36,164 nt of DNA from Planctomycetota bacterium (GTDB lineage Bacteria > Planctomycetota > B15-G4 > JADJEK01). A program made the position numbers and the translations under genes. Positions 27,104 through 36,164 of this stretch are shown here, in pieces (position 1 is the stretch's first letter; the number at the start of each line of letters is the position of its first letter). The stretch covers positions 1 through 36,164 of the forward strand of contig JBGAIQ010000054.1 of assembly GCA_044225365.1 (NCBI GenBank), read 5' to 3'. The notes beneath the pieces were generated by a model. The model made no database searches. It was not told where the DNA came from and was given only the letters and a program-made list of their open reading frames with translations.

Positions 27104-27694
27104 TCAGGCCTCGGAATAGGGAGGCGCGGGAAAGTACTCGATGTACTTCTGCACTTCGCGGGCGAAGGCGGGGTCGTAGACCTGGCCGAGCACGTAGAGC
27201 GCCATGTCGATACCGGCGGACACGCCGGCGGCGGTGATCGTGTTGCCGTCGACGACATAACGCGCGCCCTCGATGATCTGCACGGGCCCAAGGGCGCGTA
27301 GCTCGTCGTAGCACGACCAGTGCGTGATCACGCGCTTGTTCGTGACGAGGCCCGCCGCGTTCAGGACGAGCGACCCCGTGCATACGCTGGTCACGTAGCG
27401 CGCCGTGCGGGCGCGCTCGCGCACGAAGTCGAGGATCTCCTCGTTCTCGACGACCGTCCGCGTTCCCTTGCCTCCCGGCACCACGAGGATGTCGCACGCC
27501 GGCAGGTCGTCGAGCGCATGATCGGGGAGCACGCGCAACCCCTTCGCTCCGCGCACGGGCTGCCCGCCGAGCGAGCACGTCCGCACGCGATCGCCCGGCT
27601 TCTTCATCGCCGCGGCGCCGAAGACTTCGTAGGGTCCGACGAAGTCGAGTTCTTCCACCAGGTCGAAGAGGAGGATGCCGGTCGTCAGCGCCAT
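27104..27694 (-). CDS. DJ-1/PfpI family protein (isonitrile hydratase-like subgroup)
   Basis: EELDFVGP, LVVPGG, SVCTGS nucleophile elbow, AGVSAGIDMAL, IEYFPAPP. ATG 27694 with GGAG RBS. Confidence 0.92.
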   Translation of the reverse strand: MALTTGILLFDLVEELDFVGPYEVFGAAAMKKPGDRVRTCSLGGQPVRGAKGLRVLPDHALDDLPACDILVVPGGKGTRTVVENEEILDFVRERARTARYVTSVCTGSLVLNAAGLVTNKRVITHWSCYDELRALGPVQIIEGARYVVDGNTITAAGVSAGIDMALYVLGQVYDPAFAREVQKYIEYFPAPPYSEA

Positions 27695-27822
27695 GGAACG
27701 ATCTCCGCCAGGGTGTTCCCGATCCTGCTTACCAAGGCTCGTGTCTGTCGTGAACAAGACTCCACGACTATCTTGGGAGGAGAACTCGAGGTCGAAGACG
27801 AAGGAAGACTCGGCGATCGGCG

Positions 27823-28713
27823 ATGACGAATGCCCACGATTTCGAGACCCGCCGCGGGGCGATCGAGGACGCCCTGGGAACGCCCCTCACCGCGCTCCAT
27901 CGCGTGACCGGCGGCAACATCAACATGGCCGTCGTCGCCGATTGCGAATCGTCGCGGGTCTTCGTGAAGTGGAACGACCGTCCCCTTCCGCGACAATTCG
28001 AGGCCGAGGCGCGCGGACTGAATGCTCTCCGCAACGCGATCGACCCGCGATTCGGCCACGTCCCCACGCCGCTCGCTTGGTCCGATGCGCCCGGCCGTTC
28101 GTTCCTGGCGATGACGTACTTCGAACGCGGCCGCCCGCGACAAGACTACTCCAAATGCATTGGCCGCGCGCTGGCGTCGATCCATCGCGCGACGTCCTCC
28201 CTTGGCTTCGGATTCGATCTCGATGGCTATTGCGGCGCGACACCGCAGCCCAATCCGCGGGCTTCCTCGTGGACGGAATTCTACCGCGAGCATCGACTCG
28301 CGCATCAGATCCGGCTCGCGCGCGAGCGAGGCTTGGGAACGCGCGACGTCTCGCTCCTCGAACGAGTCGCGGAGGGACTCGATGCGTTCCTGCCCGTCGA
28401 CCCGGAACCGCCTTCGCTCCTCCACGGCGACCTCTGGGCCGGAAACGTGATCGTGGCGAGCGACGGCCTACCCGTCCTTCTCGATCCTGCGGCATACTAC
28501 GGCGATCGAGAAGCGGAGTTCGGCATGATGCGCTGGTTCGGAGATTTCGACGAACGCACGTACGCGGCGTACCGTGAGTGCTATCCCTTGCGCGACGGTG
28601 CGAATGCGCGCCTCGAACTCTATCGGCTCTACCACGTGCTCAATCACTTCCATCTCTTCGGCGGCGGATACGGCGCCGAAGCGGTGGCGATCGCGCGGCG
28701 GTGCCTTTCGTGA
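27823..28713 (+). CDS. Fructosamine/ketosamine-3-kinase family protein
   Basis: GGNIN, FVKWN, FEAEARGL, LLHGDLWAGN, DPAAYYGDREAE, LYRLYHVLNH. Confidence 0.93.
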   Translation: MTNAHDFETRRGAIEDALGTPLTALHRVTGGNINMAVVADCESSRVFVKWNDRPLPRQFEAEARGLNALRNAIDPRFGHVPTPLAWSDAPGRSFLAMTYFERGRPRQDYSKCIGRALASIHRATSSLGFGFDLDGYCGATPQPNPRASSWTEFYREHRLAHQIRLARERGLGTRDVSLLERVAEGLDAFLPVDPEPPSLLHGDLWAGNVIVASDGLPVLLDPAAYYGDREAEFGMMRWFGDFDERTYAAYRECYPLRDGANARLELYRLYHVLNHFHLFGGGYGAEAVAIARRCLS

Positions 28714-28777
28714 TCGTCGATTGCATCCGACCGGCTCCCGTGAGACGTATTCGCAGCATTCGGTTCGAAGGATCGTC

Positions 28778-29170
28778 ATGACGAAGGCCTATCTCTGGTT
28801 CAACTCCGTGCTCTACATCGCGCTCGGAATCTGGTGCACCGCACGTCCCGAAGGCACCGCGAACTCGATCGGTTACATCCTCTCGAACGGCTCCGCACAC
28901 TGCGAATACCTGACGGTCTACGGAGGGCTCGAGATCGGCCTCGGCATCTTCTTCGCCATCTGCGCGATTCGTCGCGACCTCTACTTCGCGGGCCTCGTGT
29001 TCGGCGCCGCGAGCTATGGCGGAATCGCACTGTGGCGCATCGTGAGCGTCGCGACGAACGCGGATCCTGGCCTCTTTCCCAAAGCGATGCTGCCGTTCGA
29101 GGTGACCCTCGCCGCGCTTGCTTTCTTCCTCCTGAAACGACGACAGGCGGTCCTGACCCTCGCCACCTGA
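28778..29170 (+). CDS. Small four-helix membrane protein (DUF4345-like)
   Basis: ATG 28778 with AAGGA RBS; four hydrophobic segments; EYLTVYGG motif and conserved R (LWRIVS). Confidence 0.78.
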   Translation: MTKAYLWFNSVLYIALGIWCTARPEGTANSIGYILSNGSAHCEYLTVYGGLEIGLGIFFAICAIRRDLYFAGLVFGAASYGGIALWRIVSVATNADPGLFPKAMLPFEVTLAALAFFLLKRRQAVLTLAT

Positions 29171-29214
29171 GGGATCGACTGCGTATCCTGCCGGTCCCTG
29201 ATCGGAGGAACGCC

Positions 29215-31167
29215 GTGATTCGATCCCTGCTCGCATTGTGGCTCGTCGCGACGTCGCTCGCGAGCGCCGACCCCCCACACAAGAAGGTGCTGCTGATCGG
29301 CATCGACGGCTGTCGCGGCGACGCGCTCGCTGCGGCGAACATCCCGAATCTGCAGGGGCTGATGGATCGCGGGTGCTACACGCTGAACGCGCTCACCGAC
29401 GAGCACGCGATCTCGGGGGCGGGTTGGTCGAACCTCCTCACCGGCGTGTGGGCCGAGAAGCACGGAGCCGTGGACAACGAGTTCAAGGCGACCCACTACG
29501 ACGCGTTCCCGCACGTCTTCAACCGACTCGCGTCGACGCATCCCAACGTCCGTTGCGGCCATTTCTGCGACTGGCTCCCTCTCGACGAGAAGATCCTGGG
29601 CCAGGGCAAGATCGCGACGCGCTTCGCCTGCGACTACAAGGATGGCGGCGACGCCAAGACGCTCGAAGCCGCACGGTCCGCCCTCGCCGCGGTCGGCTCG
29701 GACGACCTCGACTTCGTCTTCGTGTACTTCGCGGACGTCGACGTCGCGGGTCACACCTTCGGCTTCCATTCGGCGGTGCCGGAGTACCGCAAGGCGATCG
29801 AGCAGGTCGACGCGAGGATCGGAGTCCTCATGAGCGCGATCGCGAGTCGCTCCAACGTCGCAGGAGAGGACTGGCTCATCCTCGTCACGAGCGATCACGG
29901 CGGCTCGCTCGACAAGATGCATGGACGCAATATCGAGTCGCATCGACGGATCCCGTTCATCGCGAGCGGCCGAGCGACGAAGCGCGGCCGACTCGAAGAG
30001 ATCGTGAACCAGGTCGACGTCGTCCCGACCGTGCTCGCCCACCTCGAGATCCCGATCGATCCGGCGTGGCGCCTCGATGGTCACGTCGTCGCGCTGCGCA
30101 GTTCCTCCACCCTGCTCGACTCGAATCTCATCGAGAACGGCGACGCGGAGAGCAACGGCGGCAACGACACCACGACGCCAGACTGCAAGATCAGCGCGTT
30201 CGCCGACGAGGGCGGCATGACCACGATCCGCTACGGAGCGCCCCGCGGATTCCCCTCGCTGCAGACGCCGGGCCCGACGGATCGCGGACGGAACTTCTTC
30301 TGCGGCGGCGATGCGGCGAGCTCATCGATCGAGCAACGCATCGACGTCTCCTCGCTTCGCAACGCGATCGACGCCGGCGCCATCGATTTCACTCTCTCGG
30401 CATGGCTCGGCGGGTTCGGAACGCAGCGCGATCTCATCGAGCTGCACGCCGAATTCTTGTCGCGCGACTCCTCGGTCCTCGGCACTGCGATCCTTCCTCC
30501 GGTCACCCTCGAAGATCGCGCCACCGCGTTCAAGGTACCGCTTGCCGATGTCCTGAGAACGCTCGACGCGAAGGACGCCACGGCGAATGCGACGAAGGCG
30601 GGGTTCGAGGCGCGGCTCACTGGACTCGTCCAGCGCAAGCGGGAGGGAATCGTCCCGCGCGGCACTCGGATCATCCGGATCGAACTCGTCGCAGAAGCGA
30701 GCGAAGGCGCGTGCGACGGCTACGCCGACGATCTGTCCTTCGTGCTCACGAAGAAGGAGCCCACCGACGAATCGGCCGCGATCCAATCCGTCCTGCAGCG
30801 AATCCTCGTCGCCGACAACGCGGGCGACATCGAAGGAATCCTCGCCTGCTACACCGACGACGCCGTCCTGCTTCCGCCCGCCAGCAAGCCGCTCGTCGGC
30901 AAGGAGCTCGTTCGCGAACGCTACAAGGTGATCTTCGGGGCGAGCACTCTCGAGGTTCGCGCCGAGGTCGACGAGATCGGATTCGATGGCGACCTGGCGA
31001 TCGTCCGCGGTACGACACTCGGAAAGGCGACCCTGAAGGACGCGAAGGACAAGCAGCCGGGCGAGGCGACCCGCGAAGTGAAGGACAGCTTCGTGATGAT
31101 CCTGCGCCGCGAACGCGGCGAGTGGCGGGTCGCGCGCCTCATGTGGCATCCGCAGTCCACTGGATGA
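29215..31167 (+). CDS. Secreted alkaline-phosphatase-superfamily (nucleotide pyrophosphatase/phosphodiesterase) protein fused to a jelly-roll-like domain and a C-terminal SnoaL/NTF2-like domain
   Basis: GTG 29215 with GGAGG RBS; signal ending ASA-D; LLIGIDG, ISGAGWSNLLTG, DVAGH, TSDHGG; NLIENGDAE...DGYADDLSF; AGDIEGILACYTDDAVLLPP...RRERGEWRV. Confidence 0.88.
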   Translation: MIRSLLALWLVATSLASADPPHKKVLLIGIDGCRGDALAAANIPNLQGLMDRGCYTLNALTDEHAISGAGWSNLLTGVWAEKHGAVDNEFKATHYDAFPHVFNRLASTHPNVRCGHFCDWLPLDEKILGQGKIATRFACDYKDGGDAKTLEAARSALAAVGSDDLDFVFVYFADVDVAGHTFGFHSAVPEYRKAIEQVDARIGVLMSAIASRSNVAGEDWLILVTSDHGGSLDKMHGRNIESHRRIPFIASGRATKRGRLEEIVNQVDVVPTVLAHLEIPIDPAWRLDGHVVALRSSSTLLDSNLIENGDAESNGGNDTTTPDCKISAFADEGGMTTIRYGAPRGFPSLQTPGPTDRGRNFFCGGDAASSSIEQRIDVSSLRNAIDAGAIDFTLSAWLGGFGTQRDLIELHAEFLSRDSSVLGTAILPPVTLEDRATAFKVPLADVLRTLDAKDATANATKAGFEARLTGLVQRKREGIVPRGTRIIRIELVAEASEGACDGYADDLSFVLTKKEPTDESAAIQSVLQRILVADNAGDIEGILACYTDDAVLLPPASKPLVGKELVRERYKVIFGASTLEVRAEVDEIGFDGDLAIVRGTTLGKATLKDAKDKQPGEATREVKDSFVMILRRERGEWRVARLMWHPQSTG

Positions 31168-31246
31168 GCGGAGTCACCAAAGAAACCGAGCCCGCACCCG
31201 TTCGACGCCGTATGATTCCCCGAATGAACTCACGAGGTGCCGGCGG

Positions 31247-33703
31247 ATGACTGAACAAGCGGAGCCACAGCGCGAGCGGTCCTTCCTCCTCGGAATGCTC
31301 GCGCTCTCGGCAGCGGTGCTCCTCCTGTCGATCGGACAGGTCCGGATCCTCTCCTTCCAACTCTGGCATCACGTCACGTACCTCGTCGTGACCGTCACGC
31401 TCCTCGGATTCGCCGCGGGCGGTACCTGGTGTTCCGTGCGCACGGTGAAGGACTCGCGATCGCGCGCCGCGCTGCACGCGTTGCTCTTCGCGCTCGCGAC
31501 CTTCGGCGTCTTCGCCGTGCTCGCGCGTCACGGATCGACGCTCCTGAAGGAGAAGGGCGCGCGGATGCCGGCGCTCGACGCCACGTTCTCCTACCTGTAC
31601 TTGGTATTGCCCTTCGTGTTCGGCGGCTTGTCGGTCGCGGCCGGACTCGATGGTGTCGGCAAGACCGTGTCGCGCCGCTATGCCGCGAATCTCGCGGGCT
31701 CGGCCCTCGGCTGCCTCCTCGTCTTTCCCGCCCTCCATCTCGGTGGTCCTGGGTTGATCCTCGTCGCGACGGCACTCGGCGCGATCGGCGCCGCCCTGCT
31801 CGCCCGCGCCGCGGAGAAGACCGCGCTCGCCGGGATCGCCGGCGTCGTGACCGCCGCCGCCCTGCTCGCGATCCCCGCGCGCGACACGCTGCTCCCGTTC
31901 ACCGTCGCGGGCGGAAAGGCGCTCTCGCTCGCGATCGAGCAAAATCGGCCGATCCCGTTCACGGGATGGGATCCGATCTGCCGCGTCGACGTCGTCGGCG
32001 ATGAGACCAAGGATCCACTGCTCAACGTTTTCCAAGACGGCGACGCGCCGACCTGGATCCCGAGCGGCAAGATCGACTACACGAAGTCGCTCCCGGGCAA
32101 TCACTACGCTCTCGGTTACGCGATGAAGGTCGATCCGAAGAATCCGCTCGCGCCGCCGCGCAAGAACGTGCTCGTGATCGGCGTGGGCGGCGGCGGCGAT
32201 CTGAAGACGGCCCTCGTGATGGGCGCCGAGCACGTCGTCGGCGCGGAGATCAATCCGACGACCGCGAACATGATGCGCACGCGGTTCAAGGACTTCAGCG
32301 GCAATCTCTACGACGACCCGCGCGTGCAGATCGAGATCAAGGACGGTCGCGCCGTCATCGCGCAGAGCAAGGAGAGGTTCGACCAGATCCAGATCACGGG
32401 CGCCGACACGTACGCCGCGCTCGCATCGGGCGCGAATCTCACCGCCGAGAGTTACCTCTACACCGAGGACGCGGTCCACGACTATCTCGACCATCTGAAC
32501 GACGACGGCGTGCTCTGCGTGCTGCGGTGGCGGTTCTTCCCGCCGCGCGAGGAATTGCGATTCGTCGGGATGTGCGCCAAGGTGCTGAAGGATCTCGGCG
32601 CGGCGGATCCGCGCAAGCACATCGCCGTGATCAACGTGAAGTCGAGCGGCAACATCCTCGGCGACGTGAACGTCGACGCGCACTACGCCTTCACGATCGT
32701 GAAGAAGACGCCGCTCACCGAGAACGAAATCACCTTCCTCCGCAAGTTCGTGAAGCTGCATCCCAACAAGGATGCGTACGGCATCGCCTACCTTCCGGGA
32801 GAACCATCGGAGCGTGAGTTCTCGGGCTACCTCGACGCGATCTCGGGCGGCATCGATTCGACGGCGAAGTTCGAACGCGAGTACGAGTTCTCGATCGACT
32901 CGGTGAGCGACGACCGTCCGTTCTTCTTCCAGTTCTTCCGCCTGCGCTCGCTCTTCGAGCCGCAGCCGGGCGCCTCGCAGGAGTCGTTCTTCCGCACCGT
33001 GATCGGCAACGGACCCGCGGGTCTGCAGGTCCTCTGGCTCTCCCTGCTCGGCGCGCTGGTGCTCGTCGTCGTATTCGTCTTCGCGCCGCTCGTGCTGTTC
33101 CGTCGCGAGGGTCTGCGCGTGGATTCGGTCAACGCGAAGACGAGCGCGCTCTTCTTCATCTGCGTCGGACTCGCCTATCTCGCGGTCGAGATGGCGACGG
33201 TCCAGCGACTCACGCTCTTCCTCGGCCATCCCTTGAAGGCGCTCGGCGTCGGCCTCTCGACCTTCCTCCTCGGCAGCGGCCTTGGCTCGTACTTCACGGG
33301 CCGAGTCGCGCTGGGACGCGAGACCGCGGCCGGCCGCACCGCGGCGGTGCTCGTCGCGATCGTCACCGTGCTGCACGCGGCTTGGCTGCCCGCCGTCTTC
33401 CAGCGATGCGCCGATCTGGGTCCGGAGGCGCGCGTCATGGTCGCGATCGCCGCGATCGTTCCGCTCGCATTCCTCATGGGAATGCCGTTCCCGCTCGCAC
33501 TGCGCGCGGTGCAGCGAACGGCGCCTCCGCTCCTACCCTGGGCGCTCGGCGTCAATGGCGGCGCGAGCGTGATCGCCAGCGTGGGCGCGATCCTCGTCGC
33601 CATGCAGACCGGCTTCCGCGTCGTGCTCCTGATCGCGGCGGGCATCTATCTCCTCGCAGCGATCACGATCCCGCGCGCGCGCGCGGCACTGCAAGAATCG
33701 TGA
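31247..33703 (+). CDS. Polytopic membrane protein with a central spermidine-synthase-like class I SAM-binding domain
   Basis: About 7 N-terminal and about 6 C-terminal TM helices flank NVLVIGVGGGGD, AEINP, DGR, ESYLYT, SDDRPFFF; FLMGMPFP near the C-terminus. Confidence 0.87.
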   Translation: MTEQAEPQRERSFLLGMLALSAAVLLLSIGQVRILSFQLWHHVTYLVVTVTLLGFAAGGTWCSVRTVKDSRSRAALHALLFALATFGVFAVLARHGSTLLKEKGARMPALDATFSYLYLVLPFVFGGLSVAAGLDGVGKTVSRRYAANLAGSALGCLLVFPALHLGGPGLILVATALGAIGAALLARAAEKTALAGIAGVVTAAALLAIPARDTLLPFTVAGGKALSLAIEQNRPIPFTGWDPICRVDVVGDETKDPLLNVFQDGDAPTWIPSGKIDYTKSLPGNHYALGYAMKVDPKNPLAPPRKNVLVIGVGGGGDLKTALVMGAEHVVGAEINPTTANMMRTRFKDFSGNLYDDPRVQIEIKDGRAVIAQSKERFDQIQITGADTYAALASGANLTAESYLYTEDAVHDYLDHLNDDGVLCVLRWRFFPPREELRFVGMCAKVLKDLGAADPRKHIAVINVKSSGNILGDVNVDAHYAFTIVKKTPLTENEITFLRKFVKLHPNKDAYGIAYLPGEPSEREFSGYLDAISGGIDSTAKFEREYEFSIDSVSDDRPFFFQFFRLRSLFEPQPGASQESFFRTVIGNGPAGLQVLWLSLLGALVLVVVFVFAPLVLFRREGLRVDSVNAKTSALFFICVGLAYLAVEMATVQRLTLFLGHPLKALGVGLSTFLLGSGLGSYFTGRVALGRETAAGRTAAVLVAIVTVLHAAWLPAVFQRCADLGPEARVMVAIAAIVPLAFLMGMPFPLALRAVQRTAPPLLPWALGVNGGASVIASVGAILVAMQTGFRVVLLIAAGIYLLAAITIPRARAALQES

Positions 33704-34962
33704 GCGCCCTCGCTCCGCTCGATCTCCCCTTCGTCTCGAAGGACCTGCCGGGCATCGGAGGATCGATCCGTGTGCGACCCGAGCACTTCCTCGTCGAGGA
33801 GATCCCGCTTCGCGAGCCGAACGGTCGCGGGGACTTCGTGCGGGCGTTCGTCGAGAAGCGACGGATGTCGACGCCCGAACTCGTGCACGAGCTCTCCGAA
33901 CGTCTGAGGCTCCCTCCGCACGGGATCGGAGTCGCCGGGAACAAGGACAGCGACGCCGTCACGCGCCAATGGATCTCGCTACCGTCGAGAGTGCGTCCGC
34001 GCCTCGAACGACTCGGTGGGGATCGATTTCGCTTCCTGCGTATCGAGGGCGACTCCCATCCCGTCACGACAGGCGATCTCTTCGGCAATCGTTTCACGAT
34101 CGAGATCCACGACCTCGCGGACTCCGCCCTCGCGCTCTCGCGCGCGATGCCGATCCTCGCAATGCTGGAGCGCCGGGGCGTTCCGAACTACTTCGGTCCG
34201 CAACGCTTCGGCACCCGCGGCAACGCAGCGACGATCGGCTCGCTCTTCCTGCGCGGGGAGTCGGAACGGGCCCTCGAGGAGTTGCTCGCCGGCGAGCCCA
34301 CGATCGAGCGCGATCCCGCGGCGCGACGGTTTCGCGAACTGTGCGCCCGCTGCGAGTGGAGGCAGGCCCGAACGATCGTGCCTCGATCGCTGCGCCTCGA
34401 AGCGATGATCGTCGACGGCCGGCTCGAGCGAGCCCCAACGGGCGCGATCGTGAAGCGCATCCCGGAGCGAGACCGGCGGATGTTCCTGTCGGCGTATCAA
34501 TCGCGGATCTTCAATCGCATCATCGCGGCGCGGATCGACACGCTCGATCGCGCGCTCTTGGGCGACGTGCTCTTCGATCATCGCGATTCAGCCCTCGTCG
34601 CGTGCACCGAGCCCGTGCGCGAGCAAGCCGCGGTCGATCGCTTCGAGCGCAGCCCCACGGGATGGATGCCGGGCGAACGCATCGGACCCGCGGCAGGCGC
34701 TCCCGGGGAGATCGAGAAATCGATCTTCGCCACCGACCCCATCCCGCCCGAACGATTCTCGAGGCCGCTCGGCCTCACCCTCACGGGCGAACGACGCCCG
34801 CTTCGCGTCCAGGTCTTCGACTGCGATGTTTCCCCAGCGGGAAAGGGCGGGAAGATCGCAATTCGTATGCGATTCACTCTGCCGCGGGGCTCGTTCGCGA
34901 CGGCCGTGCTCGACGAGGTGATGAAGACCCGGACGGGCGACGCCGGGCCACCCGGCCGCTGA
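33700..34962 (+). CDS. truD: tRNA pseudouridine(13) synthase TruD
   Basis: FLVEE, AGNKDSDAVTRQW (catalytic Asp), GNRFTI, PNYFGPQRFG, SAYQSRIFN, FTLPRGSFAT. GTG 33700 overlaps the upstream TGA. Confidence 0.95.
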   Translation: MSALAPLDLPFVSKDLPGIGGSIRVRPEHFLVEEIPLREPNGRGDFVRAFVEKRRMSTPELVHELSERLRLPPHGIGVAGNKDSDAVTRQWISLPSRVRPRLERLGGDRFRFLRIEGDSHPVTTGDLFGNRFTIEIHDLADSALALSRAMPILAMLERRGVPNYFGPQRFGTRGNAATIGSLFLRGESERALEELLAGEPTIERDPAARRFRELCARCEWRQARTIVPRSLRLEAMIVDGRLERAPTGAIVKRIPERDRRMFLSAYQSRIFNRIIAARIDTLDRALLGDVLFDHRDSALVACTEPVREQAAVDRFERSPTGWMPGERIGPAAGAPGEIEKSIFATDPIPPERFSRPLGLTLTGERRPLRVQVFDCDVSPAGKGGKIAIRMRFTLPRGSFATAVLDEVMKTRTGDAGPPGR

Positions 34963-35153
34963 ATCCGCCAAAGCGGTCCCATACGATCGTCCCCGCGACC
35001 TCCGCCTCCGCTTCGATCGAAACGTTGCCTGCTCCGGCGAAGGCCGATAGAGTACCCCTCAGCGTCCGGACTGCGTGGTGCGACGGGTGTCGCATCTCGC
35101 GCCCCGGAGCGTGTTCGGCGGATGGTCATCCGAAACGTCGCTGGAGTTCTGAC

Positions 35154-36164
35154 TTGAGTATTGCACGTCGAATCATCGCCTCGTGGTGCACGATCCCGCT
35201 CGTTTCGTTCGTTGCCACGACCCCGGCGTTCGCCGCCGGCTTCATGGTCTATGGCGCGGAGAAAGGCGATCCGCCGCGCGTCGTCGTGCGGTCCAATCCC
35301 GGCACGACCGCGAACGACTTCTTCCCCGAGGTCGTCGCGTCCTCCTTCTTCGCGTTCGACGAGAACTTCAAGGGCGGCGTGCGCGTGGCGATCGGCGACT
35401 TCGATGCCGACGCCGATCTCGAGGTCGCGACGGCGACCGGTTCGGGAACGGCAGCAACGGTCAAGATCTGGGACCTCGCCCCGAACGGCGAGTTGGTCGG
35501 CCTGAAGGAAGCGTTCTCGACGCCCTTCGCCGGACAGTCGAGCGGGCTCTACCTCGCGGCGGGCGATTTCGACAACAGCGGCAAGGACTCGCTCGTCGTG
35601 TCGGCCGGTGATGGCGAAGCGCGCGTGTGGATCTTCGACGATTTCGAAACGGTCGGCCCCGGCGACGGCCTCCTCGGCAACAGCCTCATCGACACGTTCG
35701 TCGCCTTCCCGAGCAACTTCAAGCGCGGCTGCCGCATCGCGATGGGCATCACGAATCCCGACAACAAGGAAGACCTCGTCTGCGCGAACGGACCGGGCAA
35801 CTCGCAGCACCTGATCCGGATCTTCCGCGACACCAACGACAACAGCATGCTCTCCGACGAGACGCTGCTCGACAGCTTCGTGCCCTCGGTGAACGGCCCG
35901 TATCAGGGCATGTACGTCGCGGTGGGCAACATCAGCGAAGGCACGACGAACGGTGAAATCGCGGTCTACATGACGGGCGGCGGCAACTCCCGCATCCTGA
36001 CGTTCACCGACGCCGACAACGACGGCATCTTCTCCGAGGCGGCGGTCGACGAGACCTTCACGGTGCTCCCGACGCAAAACGGCAAGCCGGGCAAGTCGAA
36101 GGGCGGCATGCGCATCGCGGTCGCCAACATCGACGGCGACGCGGGCGCGAGCGCCCGATTCGAA
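35154..36164 (+). CDS. Secreted FG-GAP repeat protein, truncated by the window end and missing from the ORF track
   Basis: Hand translation from TTG 35154 (GGAG at 35143): MSIARRIIASWCTIPLVSFVATTPAFA-AG...FFAFDENFKGGVRVAIGDFDADADLEV...GLYLAAGDFDNSGKDSL...GGMRIAVANIDGD. The frame is open to the window end. Confidence 0.88.
   Translation, partial: MSIARRIIASWCTIPLVSFVATTPAFAAGFMVYGAEKGDPPRVVVRSNPGTTANDFFPEVVASSFFAFDENFKGGVRVAIGDFDADADLEVATATGSGTAATVKIWDLAPNGELVGLKEAFSTPFAGQSSGLYLAAGDFDNSGKDSLVVSAGDGEARVWIFDDFETVGPGDGLLGNSLIDTFVAFPSNFKRGCRIAMGITNPDNKEDLVCANGPGNSQHLIRIFRDTNDNSMLSDETLLDSFVPSVNGPYQGMYVAVGNISEGTTNGEIAVYMTGGGNSRILTFTDADNDGIFSEAAVDETFTVLPTQNGKPGKSKGGMRIAVANIDGDAGASARFE

Noticed and set aside
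26461-27119. Short ORFs across the REP cluster (VGAHGCVP / GHTAVCPY peptides)
   Set aside because: These are translations of the REP palindrome itself, with no independent coding evidence.
34963-35153. Possible terminator or structured RNA between truD and the last gene
   Set aside because: Only a short CCGC-CAAA-GCGG hairpin without a U-tract; no recognisable tRNA or riboswitch consensus.

Overview
High-GC bacterial chromosomal segment. A Planctomycetota origin is an inference from the FG-GAP proteins, the DUF1570-like peptidase and the carboxypeptidase-regulatory-repeat protein. It is densely coded, with about 28 likely CDSs. Housekeeping genes are tatD, mobA, clpS, truD, an MsbA-like ABC exporter and a DPM1-like GT2. 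A short CoA-catabolic operon encodes an SDR, RidA, enoyl-CoA hydratase, acyl-CoA dehydrogenase and a 2Fe-2S ferredoxin. Many exported proteins are present: two FG-GAP proteins, two SGNH hydrolases, M16 and S8 proteases, a gluzincin pair and an alkaline-phosphatase-family fusion. I saw no rRNA, tRNA, CRISPR array, integrase or transposase. The clearest non-coding structure is a 27-bp GTAG-type REP palindrome family with compensatory stem changes, found in two clusters between convergent genes. In one cluster the REP GTAG supplies the stop codons of both flanking genes; in the other it forms a tandemly duplicated REPIN/MITE-like unit. Other leads are an apparent pseudo-peptidase/peptidase pair, a degenerate permuted papain-like protein and a C-terminal domain shared by two unrelated secreted proteins. 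All calls are from motif recognition by eye; no database searches were run.
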